A DNA stretch of 64,000 nt, taken from positions 31,930,001-31,994,000 of the forward strand of contig NC_043012.1 of assembly GCF_006345805.1 (NCBI RefSeq), written 5' to 3'. Source of the DNA: Octopus sinensis (taxonomy: Eukaryota). The notes under the pieces were generated by a model. The model had not been told where the DNA came from and did no database searches. It saw only the letters and a program-made list of their open reading frames with translations. The translations under genes were made by a program, and so were the position numbers. The number at the start of each line of letters is the position of its first letter. Positions within the stretch are counted from its first letter, which is position 1. Positions 42,949-54,499 of this stretch are shown one piece after another.

Positions 42949-43038
42949 GGTTGCAAAAGTCGCAGACTGAAACTAGTACTAAAATGTTCTTCATGATAAA
43001 ATTATTTTAACATTTTCTACCTTATCTTATTTGCCTTA
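42949..43038 (+). mobile_element. HHR 3'-half plus tail module, copy 2 (homologous to 3895-3978)
   Basis: GAAAC-TA-GTA at 42969-42978 plus the shared tail; ends at (TA)n. Core not intact. Confidence 0.5.
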
Positions 43039-43152
43039 TATATATATATATAATATTAATTAGAGACAAAACCACTATTATGCAAATCAAACAAAGAATG
43101 ACTTAATCCAATACATAAAAATTTTTATATAAATTAAATAAAATTAAATTCG

Positions 43153-43198
43153 CCACTACAATTGTTTCGTGTCTCTTCTAAGGACATTCATCAGGTGG
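43153..43198 (-). ncRNA. Type I hammerhead ribozyme motif (left arm)
   Basis: CCAC-CTGATGA-ATGTC-CTTAGAAGA-GACAC-GAAAC-AATT-GTA-GTGG. Canonical core, palindromic helix III (ACAATTGT), A.C apposition at the base of helix II. Confidence 0.82.
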
Positions 43199-43336
43199 TA
43201 TTCAGATCTTCTATTCAATTTTAAGTTATGAAGTATTAGTATGGCAGTATGAATTAATCGGTGCAGGTTGTTAAGTAAGAAATTGCACTAACCTTCTCAA
43301 TATCTATAACTTAAAATTGAATAGAAGATCTGAATA

Positions 43337-43382
43337 TCACCTGATGAATGTCCTTAGAAGAGACACGAAACAATTGTAGTGG
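43337..43382 (+). ncRNA. Type I hammerhead ribozyme motif (right arm)
   Basis: TCAC-CTGATGA-ATGTCCTTAGAAGAGACAC-GAAAC-AATT-GTA-GTGG. Confidence 0.82.
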
Positions 43383-43563
43383 CGAATTTAATTTTATTTA
43401 ATTTATATAAAATTTTTTATGTATTGGATTAAGTCTTTCTTTGTTTGATTTGCATAATAGTGGTTTTGTCTCTAATTAATATTATATAATATTTTACTAT
43501 AAAATTGGATTCAGTCCTAAATCTGATTTTTCCTGTAAATTGGATTTATTCCCTAATATTTAT

Positions 43564-43597
<34 letters not shown>

Positions 43598-43621
43598 ATA
43601 TATGTGTATATATACTTGTAT

Positions 43622-43896
43622 CTATTTTTGCTCTTGCATCTCACGTTTGATCTTTGACTTCTGGCCGGAATCAGATCGCCATGTTGATTCGCTAGCTCCT
43701 GCACGCATTTTTTCTCTCTCCTTGTTTCTCTCCGTGTTTCTTTTATGTGTATCTTTCTGTTGAAGAGCGTAGGCTCGAAACGTAAAAGACTTGTTTTATT
43801 TATATTCCTGAGCGCCATACTGCCATACTAATACAATTGTTTGTGTGTATTCCACCTGCCTTCGTCTTTTGTTTATTTTCATAAAGCTTCCCGTTA
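43622..43896 (+). repeat. 5' pseudo-LTR (direct repeat)
   Basis: Aligns to 48149-48416 with ~11 substitutions, a 1-nt indel and an 8-bp duplication (GCCATACT). Confidence 0.96.
43752..43789 (+). ncRNA. Minimal type I hammerhead, variant core CUGUUGA (5' pLTR)
   Basis: TCTTT-CTGTTGA-A-GAGC-GTAG-GCTC-GAAAC-GTA-AAAGA: 5-bp helix I, 4-bp helix II, loopless ACGU helix III. Confidence 0.75.
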
Positions 43897-44486
43897 TATA
43901 TTACGCGCTTATGTGGTCTCACTTTCATCCTATATTCTACTAACACCACTATCAACTCTTACCTCTACATTGGATTTTCTTTACCCCTTGGATACGTACT
44001 ACTGGCCGCACCTCTCCTTCACAGATCAAAGTGACTTTGTTATTGATGTGAAATCCTTAAAAAATATACCACGACGTCTATACATTTTTAACCTAGACCT
44101 CTCAACCTTGAACTTGTTCGTATAAACTGTCCCGTTCGTTTTATTTTATTTTATATATTATCTTTTTTTTCATTCATTTCATACTTTCCACAATTTCCTG
44201 CATTTTTGTCCTCCTTTCCGTCGTTTCTTTCTTCTCTGGATGTCCATACTCTGTTTCCTCTGTCTGCACCCCCTTTTTTGCCCTCCCCTCTCTCTGCTTC
44301 CTTTCTTTCTTTCCTTTTTCCATTTGTCCCATCTTCTCCGCCTTTATTTTCTGCCCCTACCACTTTTTTTATATAGTTTTTTCATGCAATTGTTTTTTTG
44401 TTGTTTTTTTTCGAACGTTTGTTTTTTCCCCTTTTTTTTACTCCCTTTTTTTCCGTTTTATCCTCTCTTTTTTTCACTATTCCACC

Positions 44487-47343
44487 ATGCCGGACTACAA
44501 ATCCTACCTCCTCACTATCCACCACCGTTTGAAAGATCCCCTCCAACTACACCCTCCAAACTGCTTTCAGCCGTCCATTAATCTCTCTCTGCTTCTTTTT
44601 AAAAAAACCCGCTTCTCTAGCTACGTCTCTTTTCTAAGCCGCTGCCTACATCACCGACTCATCCCTAAAGGTTTCCGCCTCTATTTCCACCCTGCTCTCC
44701 ACTCGGCTTCTTCCATCTTACCCATACTCCGCACCACATCTTACCGCCTTATGCGGGCCACCATTCGCTCCAATCTCTCTAAACTACATACCATCAACCG
44801 CCTTCTCCCTCCTGCTTTCTCCATATTTTTCTCCTCTCTGCCGCCTTTCCATGCTCCAAACACGCTACGCTTCATTATCCATTTGAATCACCTCTTCCAT
44901 CAATTTCTTTCCAATACCAAACTTCGTAAACTCCAATCACTCCTCCATTCCACCACACCCGACGCCACCACCCCAACTCCTCCACTACCCTTCTCCCCTC
45001 CTGATAGGCTCCATCCACCCACACCTAACCCCACTGCCCCTCCCAACAACCCACACACACCTCTCCAATCCCTCCCCCCTCAGACCTCTACCAGCCCTAC
45101 CACCCCTCCTACTCCTACTCCCATTCCATCCACCCCTCATACTTCTATTCCACCTACCCCTTCTCTACTTCCGTCTGTTGTTACCATTCCCCCCGATCTT
45201 CCCCTCTCTGCAGCGGAACGCTCCGTCCTTAGTAGGGGTCTGCGTTTCATCCCCCTCACTCCATCCTGTAAGGAATTCCAGACGCGAGCTGACGTCCACA
45301 GCTTTGTGCGCCGCGTCCGGTTGGGTGCGTATTTCCGCGACTCACCACCCGCATCCAACGATGAAGACTGCTTCACTGACCTGGGCCGCTGACCATCCCC
45401 GTGGACGCCTGTCTCCGGCCAGTTCCTAGCAGTGGATCTTTTCGCGGGCGCCTGTCAGCGTGCGTTGGAGCGGTTCAACTTCTCCAGGCGCCACCTCCGC
45501 CTCAACATCTCCCCGGCCGAGCTCTCGGCCCTTCGTTCCCTCCAACGGCGCGCTGACATTATCATCAAACCGGCTGACAAGGGTGGAGCTGTGGTGGTGT
45601 GACGCGCGGACCTCTACAGGGCCGAGGCTCTCCGCCAACTCAATGACACCTCCTTCTACTCCCCGCTGCCCTCTAACCCCTCACGTAGCTGCCAACAGAC
45701 GGTATCCTCTACTGTCCACGACCTCATCTCGTCCTCCCGTCTCCCCCACACCGCATCCAACCTAATTGTGCGAACCCCACGCACCCCCACCATTTACTTC
45801 CTCCCCCAAATCCACAAACCCAACAACCCTGGCCGCCCAATTGTCTCCGCCTGTAACTGGCCCATGGAGCTCATCTCTAAATACCTTGACCGTGTCCTTG
45901 CCCCCAAGTGGCGTCTCTTCCCTCCCACATCCACGATACCAACCATACTCTCCGGCTTTTCAACTCTTTCTCCTTTCCTCCCGGCTCCTCCAAAATCCTT
46001 TTTACTATGGACATCCAGAGCCTCTATACTGTCATCCCTCACCACGAAGGACTGCGGGCACTTCAACACTTTCTCGACCTCCGCCCCAACCCTGAACCTG
46101 ACACCTCTACACTCATTCGTCTGTCCGAACTTGTCCTTACTCTCAACTGCTTCTCGTTCGCGGGCGAGTTCAACCAACAGTATCGGGAGTGGCCATGGGA
46201 ACGCGAATGGGCCCCAACTATGCGAACCTGTTCTTTGGCTATGTTGGGGCCCAAATATTTTCTAATTTCACTGGTCTCTCTCCTGAACTATACGATCGTT
46301 ACATTGACGACATTATCGGTGCCACCTCACTCTCCCGTGAACATCTAGATTCCTTTCTCTCTTTCGTTCAATCCTTCCATCCAGCCCTCCACTTCACCTC
46401 CACTATCTCCAACACCTCTGTCTCCTTCCTCGACATTTCGGTCAGCATTCATCACTCCACTCTTACCACCTCCATTCACTACAAACACACAGACTCACAC
46501 TTATACCTAAACTTCTCTTCCTCCCACTCAAAACACACCAAGCTTTCCATCCCCTATTCCCAATTCCTCCGTCTACGTAGGCTCTGTAGTGACGACCATG
46601 ACTTTGAGACTCAGTCTCAACGTATGGCTCACCACTTCACCCTACGTGGATACCCCCTCACCACTACCCACACCGCCCTTGCCAGAGTACGTTCCGTAGA
46701 CTGTGCATCTGCTCTCTTCCACAGAACACGCCCTGTAGTCTCCCGCCTCCCTCTTCCCCTCACTTACCACCCCACGACCCTACCTCTCCAACGCACCATT
46801 CTTCAAGCTTTCCGGCATCTCCAGTCCGACCCGTCCACTTCACACCTCTTCCCTAACCGACCCCTCCCCTCCTTCAAATGAGCCTATAACCTACGAGACA
46901 TTTTGGTCCACAGCTACTTCCCTGACGCTACCTCCCAACCTGGCTCGTTGCCCTGCTCCCGCCCACGTTGCCACACTTGCCCTTACCTCTCCAACACCAC
47001 CCTCCTCACTGGAACCCATCATCGACCCTATCGCATCATCAACTCTTTCACCTGCACCTCCAGCAATATCATCTATTGCATCTCTTGCTCTCTCTGCCAT
47101 TCCCTCCCTGTACATCGGACAAACGGGACGCCGCTTGGCTGACCGGTTCGCGGAACACCTCCGTGACATCCGCCTTGCCAACGACACACCGGTCTCACGC
47201 TATTTCCGCTCCACCGGTCACTCCTTGCAACACCTGTCTGTGTTCGGTTTTTCCTTGCACAGAGGCCATCCGGATTCCCGTTTGCGCCGTGAACAGGTAT
47301 TAATCTTCTCTCTCCGCTCTTTTACGCCATTTGGTCTAAACTC
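44487..47343 (+). pseudogene. Disrupted PLE polyprotein (N-terminal domain, RT, Cys-rich linker, GIY-YIG endonuclease)
   Basis: Motifs FLSRCLHHRLIPKGF, LSRGLRFIP, IIKPADKG, PQIHKPNNPGRPIVS, LFTMDIQSLYT, AMGTRMGPNYANLF, RYIDD, FLDI, PCSRPRCHTC, NIIYCISC...LYIGQTGRRLADRFAEH. Stops at 45390, 45600, 46879; frameshifts near 45905, 46185, 47105. Confidence 0.95.
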
Positions 47344-48010
47344 ACCCTCTCATCTACCCCCCTCCCCCTCCTCATCTACCTCCACCCTAACCCCCCCCCC
47401 GACCCCGCCCCACTTCTCTACCCATTCCTCTTCATCCTCATCCTTTCACCCCTACTCTCTTTCCCTTCTTCCCTCTTTCTTCTTCCCTCTTCCCCTTCCC
47501 TCTTTCTCTCTGCTCCCTCACTCCCCTTCTCTCTCTCCACTCTCCCCTCTCTCTCTCCCCCTTCTCCTTTCCCCTCCTGTTCTCCTCTCCTTCCCTCTCC
47601 CCCTTCCCCCTCCTCCTCCCTCCTCCCTCCTATTCTTCTCTTCTTCCCTCCTCCTCCTCCCTCCTCTTCTCCTCTTTCCTTCTCCCCCTTCCCACTCATC
47701 TCATCTCCCCCTCCCTCCTCATCTCACCCTCATCCCTCCTTCTTTCCTTCGCCACCCTTTACCCCTCCTCACTCTCGCCTTTCCCCCTTCTCCCTCCTTC
47801 CTGCCCTTCTCTTTCTTTTCCCCCTCCTCTTCCCTTTCCCCCTCCTCTTCCCTTTCCCCCTCTTCCTCTCTTCCTCCTTCCTTCCTACCTCTCTCCCACT
47901 CTCCCCTCCCATCTCTCCTCCTTCATCTCTCCTCTCCTCTCTCTCCCCCATATCTCCTCCCCTCTCCTCCTCCTCCTCCCTCCTCCTCCCCTCCCCCTCC
48001 TCTCCTCTCT
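47344..48010 (+). repeat. ~670-bp polypyrimidine (C/T) tract inside the PLE 3' region
   Basis: Almost purine-free on the + strand; includes ~18-bp tandem units near 47817-47860. Confidence 0.93.
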
Positions 48011-48148
48011 CTACACTACACCATACGACATTACACATCACATCATACATACATACACACGTCCAGACCTCTCATACGCACTACAAACTCTCTCATACAT
48101 ACACACACCCTTATGTTGGGGCGTGGTCATTTGACCCGGTTATCTCCC

Positions 48149-48415
48149 CTATTTTCGCTCTTGCGTCTCACGTTTGATCTTTGACTTCTGGTCGGAATCA
48201 TATCGCCATGTTGATTCGCTAGCTTCTGTACGCATTTTTTTCTCTCCCCTTGTTTCTCTCCGTGTTCCTTTTCTGTGTATCTTTCTGTTGAAGAGCGTAG
48301 GCTCGAAACGTAAAAGACTTGTTTTATTTATATTCCTGAGTGCCATACTAATACAATTGTTTGTTTGTATTCCACCTGCCTTCGTCTTTTGTTTATTTTC
48401 ATAAAGCTTCCCGTT

Positions 48416-48416
<1 letters not shown>
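48149..48416 (+). repeat. 3' pseudo-LTR (direct repeat)
   Basis: Matches 43622-43896; followed by (TA)n from ~48417. Confidence 0.96.
48280..48317 (+). ncRNA. Minimal type I hammerhead, variant core CUGUUGA (3' pLTR)
   Basis: Identical to 43752-43789. Confidence 0.75.
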
Positions 48417-48451
<35 letters not shown>

Positions 48452-48699
48452 TATATACATGAATACATACATATTTATATACACAAATATGTATATACAT
48501 ACATATATACATATATATGTGTGTGTGTGTGTTTTAGTTTTACTTTAGCACCACATTATGTTTGTATGTTGTATGTATAGATGTATGTTAATGTATTTAT
48601 AGTATGTTTTTTATATTTGTACGTACAGTAATTTTTGTATTCTAATATTCTTTTTTTGCAGATTACTCTGTTCTATACTATTTATTCTCTTTATGGGAA

Positions 48700-49490
48700 T
48701 GAAATTTTAAACGTCCCGGAAAGCCAATAATAGTTTGCTTAATTGTGGTCGAGAAATTTTTCTCTCAAAGATTCCTCTCAATCTGGATGACCAAGTTCTT
48801 CCGATATGGACCTTCTGAATACAGGAGTCGAGAAAAATCCAACGCAAACTGTACGATATTTAGGAAAATATTTCAATTCAAGTAACACGTTGATCAGAAT
48901 ACAAATTCATATAGACGAAGTGTCTAAACTCCGTCAGTAGGTCCTCTTCTGAGTTATAGCAAAGTGATGCCCTATGCTTCTTAACGAAGAATATACTTGC
49001 TAGGGAACATTTCCTGTGTATAATAGCCAGAAGTAATGAAAAGTTGGAACTCTATAAAAACCCGTTATAGCGGATGATTAAAGGGAATACCCCCCCCCTA
49101 ACCAAGACTACACCCCAAAACATTTCTTGGGATAGGATCAGTAGCATAAAATCAACAAGTATCAAACAAAAATTTGGCAACCACTGCAAAAAGTTATTGT
49201 CGCTAATTGGAAGCATTCAGGAACAATTTGCAGAAAAAGCACCCAAGTCACTCAGAAATAGATCATGGCTCTAAAGATGGACATTTTGCCTCACTTTCTT
49301 GCTCTTCTAACTTTGTTCTATCTGATTATCAGTTTTTCCCTCAGAATATTGCAGTTTATTTAAACAGAGCACAGATGAAAAATGAGAGCGCTTCGAAACG
49401 CGAATAGCTTTTACGCCCGAGGGATCAATAATCTGCCAAATAGATTGGATTATATTATGAATAATGAGGGGAAATGCTAATGAAATATAC
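48700..49490 (+). mobile_element. Degraded mariner transposase remnant
   Basis: HFLCIIARSNEK (~FLDRIVTGDEKW), SSNFVLSDYQFF (~SPDLAPSDYHLF) and FYARGINNLPNRLDYIMNNEG (~FYERGIMKLPERWQKVIEQNG), in order. Confidence 0.75.
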
Positions 49491-49659
49491 GAAATTAGGA
49501 TAATAGAAACATTTGTTTCCTTTTCATCTTGAAGTTCGGTATGTATACACATAAACACACAAACACATACAAAAATCACATACATACACACACACACATA
49601 CACACACACACACCATACACACAACACACATAGATATATAATGTACATATATATATATA

Positions 49660-49704
<45 letters not shown>

Positions 49705-52700
49705 TATATATACAATATATATATATATATGTATATATTTGTGTAGATAGATTGTCTGACTGCGTGAAAAAGTAAGATAGAAGCAGCAATAGTCAACCAA
49801 GGAATATGCGAGAGACCGTCAAAGAAAGGTAGGTATAGAAGAAGGTAAAAATGAAGAAGTCGACAAGGTGGAAAATTATGAATCTGACGTAAACTAAATT
49901 ATCTAATGTGTGCCATGAGAGAATAATGTTAACCGACGCACATACGAATTCGATAGCATGCGGATTGCAATGACTCTATCTTGAAAGAAGGAAATATATT
50001 TTTACTGAAGTAACCGTGAAATCGTTCCCCTGTCACTCATTATACGTTCGTGAAATGATGAGAAATCAAATAAACTTAAAGCTTCGCCGGAGATAATGTT
50101 TGCAAGAATACACGTAATCGGCTATGTTATATGATTGCTATATGTTGTAAATGACCATCATATTTTTTAGTAAGAGTGAGAAAATGCAAATTTACACCTC
50201 TGTTTTGAAACTGGTTAATTCAAACTATCTTGAAATGAAATTGTCAAACCCGCATTACTGATTCTGGTTCGAATGTGTTTTGAATTTCGCGAAAATAAGA
50301 TTCTCAAACGAAGATGATGTATACACATCACTAATTCATGATTCTCTGGATAAACTTGTGTCAAATCTAGTTTATTATCAGCCTCTGTTCAAACAAAGTC
50401 ATTTACTCAAATTCACATGCATTGTACATATGTTTAAAGAGGCCATCAATCGTCCATCTCTGTACTCAGAGAATAGGTAATCTGGCTCCGAGTACAGCGA
50501 CTCATTTCGCATTACATACACATATAATCTCATACAGGCGACTGAGATGCACAAATCAATTTATGGTCATCTAGTTATGCTCTGTGACATCATAGTATCC
50601 TTACATTTCTGAAAGTACAATTGTTAAGAAACCTTTGTAGTGGACATTGTGATATATTCTTAGGTAAACATGATGAAGTTTTCCAGCAAATTAGCCAACT
50701 GAATCAGGATTGTGTTTTATGAACATCTTCCTTATGTATCCAAGGCAACAGAAGTGCGAATAGCTGATGCTTCTGAAAATAACAAGCGACTGAATGAGTT
50801 CAGTACCAACAGGCTGCGACAATTTTGCGTTTTTGAAACTGAATGCATTTTAAGATCCTGGGATTTTTATTTCAAACGTTGTTTTTGACTAACATTTTCA
50901 AAGTATAGACATGTTAAATTACCTATTTCTCACATTTTAGGAAACTTACTGCTGATAAAAATTATTGGTTCGAACCATTTTGTTCAAATGAAAAAGGAAA
51001 TAGTATACACAACATTTTCAAAGGCCTTTACACCGCAACCGCATAATTGCTCCAGATAACAAAGCATAAATACATCGTTGTAAAGTATAACGGACGAAGA
51101 CGTTTTCCAGATTAACCCCCTCAAATAGAAGCGTTTAGTATTAAGTATCTAGTATTAAGATAGTGATTGTATCGACTGAAATATTTGAAAACTGAGAAGT
51201 GTAAAGAAGATAAACTACTTCTCGTGAAGAAGTGCTCATAAAATTTGTAAGGTTTTGATTTCTTTTAACTAAGAATTGTTGTGGTTCACTTGAGAACGAA
51301 ACTCCATTTTTGAGGAAAATTTAAAATTTCGCGGTTGTGGGTGAATGATTTAAAATTTATTTTTCTCACACAGTTTCTGTGGGTTAGTATGTATAGATTT
51401 TTAACTTATATGACTGTATTACTGTGCTTCCTAATTTATTAGAGTATTATGTGATTGAATCTTCACGTGCACATGCCCAACAAGACCGAAGTTTTAAACT
51501 GCATTTCTAGGCTGTCGATCATTGCTAAGTTAAACTTGTAACTCAATATGTCTAGCATCAGTGGGCGTAGGAAGTGGAAACAAAATCGCGAAAGAATTGA
51601 TCGATACCATACATATATCTCGACATGTTTATGCATCCGCCTTTCTCCCCATCAGATGAAATAACGAAGTAATTATTTTACTACTCTGCCGTTAACATGA
51701 ATACTGATAACAGAATGCCTGTCAATTGGAAGATGAAAAATTGATTGAGCTGTTGATCCACTTTTGTTGAACGATGCAACCACTGCTGTACATGTAACAG
51801 TGGGAATTGCTTGATATAAATATGCTTTGTTTAGTTGATATGTGTCTTTCCGTAGATATCGATATAATTCGCTAAGAAAACAGTTCCTGCTTTGTATCGT
51901 ATCCACTGAACTATGAAATGTACGCTTCTGCAGTAGGTTCAATATTTCGTTTGGTCGGTTGGTTTAAATTCTCTGTAGGTTGTAATCTGTAATTGATTAA
52001 GAAAAAGGCATGGTACATCTCTTAGATTATCGACAAGAATGAACTAATGAAATGTTATTCCCTTTCGGCAAAGGAAAGTTTGAAAACCCAATGATGAATA
52101 CTTGCGTAACTGTGGATCATCAATAGGATCCTTAACACAATGGAACATTTCTGATTTTGAAAGAATAATGACTGATCCGACATTGTTGTGCCATAAAATC
52201 TTGCTTAAAAGGTATCATTCATAATCTCGAGAGCTAATAAAGTATATCTTTTCAACTGACAGTCCAGTTGTTTTATTTCCATCTGTTGCTTTGTTTATTC
52301 AAATATATTCCTTCAAGAAATGAAAGTGCAATATATTCCTATCAGAATCATCGGTGCGGTTTGATTATCTTTTTATGTCTAACTTCTTCGTCATACAAAT
52401 AAATTCTTTTACAAAAATAATTGCTAGGCTGAATTAAGTATTGCGGTCGAGTAACCCTGATGCCTAGCATTGCCAAAATTTAGTATCTGAATATAGTAAC
52501 AAAATAAAATGAGCTAAGGAGAAAATAAACGAAATGGACAAATGACATGAAGTTTGATAACACCGTTAACAGGGGGTTGGGCTGAACTCACTATGAAAAA
52601 ATGCTTAATAATCGAAATTTATCTTATAGATTTAGGAAAGACTCAAAACCCTGACGGTAGTTATTAACAGCCTTCGATGGTGAAATAATTTCTATGAATG

Positions 52701-53417
52701 TAAATGTAATTGCTGAAAATTGATTTAGCTGTTTAGGAAGAAGAACACCCGAAGTAAGAGACAATCATTGATATTTTTGAGTCTGTTAGTGATCCTCAGC
52801 ATAGTTTAGTTTACTGGAGCCTGCAGAACAGTTCACATAGATTTTCACGTATAGAGTAATAGAAGTGATGTTGGCAAATCTAATTTTCTGAATACAAAAC
52901 AAAAGGAATTCAGACGTGAAACTTGGAGTTAGCGGACGAGAGAATACAAAAGCCTAGGGCCAATTGCCAATGAACGCCAGAGAAAAGAAGAATTCAAAAG
53001 ATCGGGAAATAATCTCTCTTAGTTGATTAAGGTATTTACGGGAAAGAAATTCCGATATTTACAAAGGTAGGCATATACGGCAGTTAATTTATAAGCAGGT
53101 AGATAAAAAGGGAGCGATCTGGAAGAATTGTTAAAAACTTATAAGAATATATACATGTATATAACTACATAATTACAAAAATACCATAGCATACATTATG
53201 TATACATACAGACATACAGACATACACACACATACACACACACGCACACACACACACATATATATATATATATAAACATACATTTTTCTTAACATTAAAT
53301 TAGATATTGTCGAATAGAAAGTACTCAATATAGAACATATTGTAACCTGTTTCTGTAAACTCATTAGATAGAACTATTCGGTTAAAAAGGTAAGTAAATC
53401 AAAACAAACATAAACTA

Positions 53418-53471
53418 AAGGCGGTGCTCCAGCATGGCCACGGTCAAATGACTGAAACAAGTAAAAGAGTA
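53418..53471 (+). mobile_element. SINE family 2, 3' terminal fragment
   Basis: AAAGGCGGTGCTCCAGCATGGCCACGGTCAAATGACTGAAACAAGTAAAAGAGTA matches 31721-31775. Confidence 0.85.
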
Positions 53472-54030
53472 TCAATCTGCTGCTCAAGAACAGATTATAT
53501 GGAGGTGGCATTAGAGCCGAGAATAATGTGGAAGATATAAAGTATTAGAAGATGAATAAACAACAGGAAATGCTTTTGAAAGGAATAACTGCTAAAAAAA
53601 AAACATAATGCACAGAGCAAAAACATATCATAATATAAAACGCGTATGGCGTGTTTTGGGAAGAGGGTGAGCGAAAAATTGTACGATAAACGTTATCTAT
53701 GATTGTAGTTCAGAACTGCACTTCCGAAAGTTGAAGAATATTGTTTCCAAGAAAAAGTATATGGTTGTTATCCGCGGTATTATTACAGGGATGATCATTC
53801 CACACACATTCTTTGTAAGATATAATGTACTACATTTAAAGGCCTATGAAACTGATTTCCTTTAACGATCAAATAAATGAAGCCATAAAATATTTGTTTT
53901 CTTTTATTATGGTTTCTGAAGGAAAAGTTGTGGAAATAAGATTTTCATTTGTTTAGTAAAACTGCAGTAAGCATTAGAGTTTGTGTAAGTGGTATAAATT
54001 ATTCGGCCTCAATATTCTTGTACATAGAAA

Positions 54031-54087
54031 GGTTACACGGGTTACTAAATGGTTGCACGGGTTACTGAAATGTTACACGGGTTACTG
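54031..54087. repeat. Short minisatellite, three ~20-bp units containing CACGGGTTACT
   Basis: Direct sequence. Confidence 0.85.
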
Positions 54088-54499
54088 TGATGTTGATTAC
54101 TGATTTTGTTACATTTACTTAATTTACTAGTTTATAATGGGTTAAATTTCACTTAAATATCATTAAAATATCCAGAGGTACTAGTTACAATTTAAGGCAA
54201 AATCCCTTTAAAGTGCTTAAAGTGTGAATGGGGTAGCAATCGTGACGTTGGACCCGGAATACCTAGTGATATTTCTTCGCGGCTTTTATTTAAATTTGGA
54301 AAGTTTAAGTGCGCTGTTTATGATCATTTTATGAAATATAAGTAAATGCTTGCTAGCATCTCTAGAAATATTTATGTACTTCATTTGGTCTGTGGTACGC
54401 ATAACAGGAAAGTGTTAGTGCCGAGGGCAAAAACATCTTGTGAGTTGACTTTCAGAAATTCATGCCTTAAAGACGATGAAGGGAGAATTTTAACTCCAT

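Larger units (their letters stand above)
43047..43488. repeat. Inverted repeat, 183-bp arms (43047-43229 / 43306-43488), 76-bp spacer, one HHR per arm
   Basis: About 3 mismatches between arms; both outer ends finish in TATATA. Confidence 0.96.
43622..48416 (+). mobile_element. Penelope-like retroelement (Neptune-like), near full length, flanked by direct pseudo-LTRs
   Basis: RT and GIY-YIG coding region between two ~270-bp direct repeats; (TA)n on both sides. Confidence 0.95.

Noticed and set aside
49380-49410. GAG..CTTC-GAAAC-GC-GAA
   Set aside because: No core or helix I; lies within the mariner remnant.
51550-52500. Possible CR1-type LINE 3' relic on the minus strand
   Set aside because: Similarity too weak without an alignment tool.
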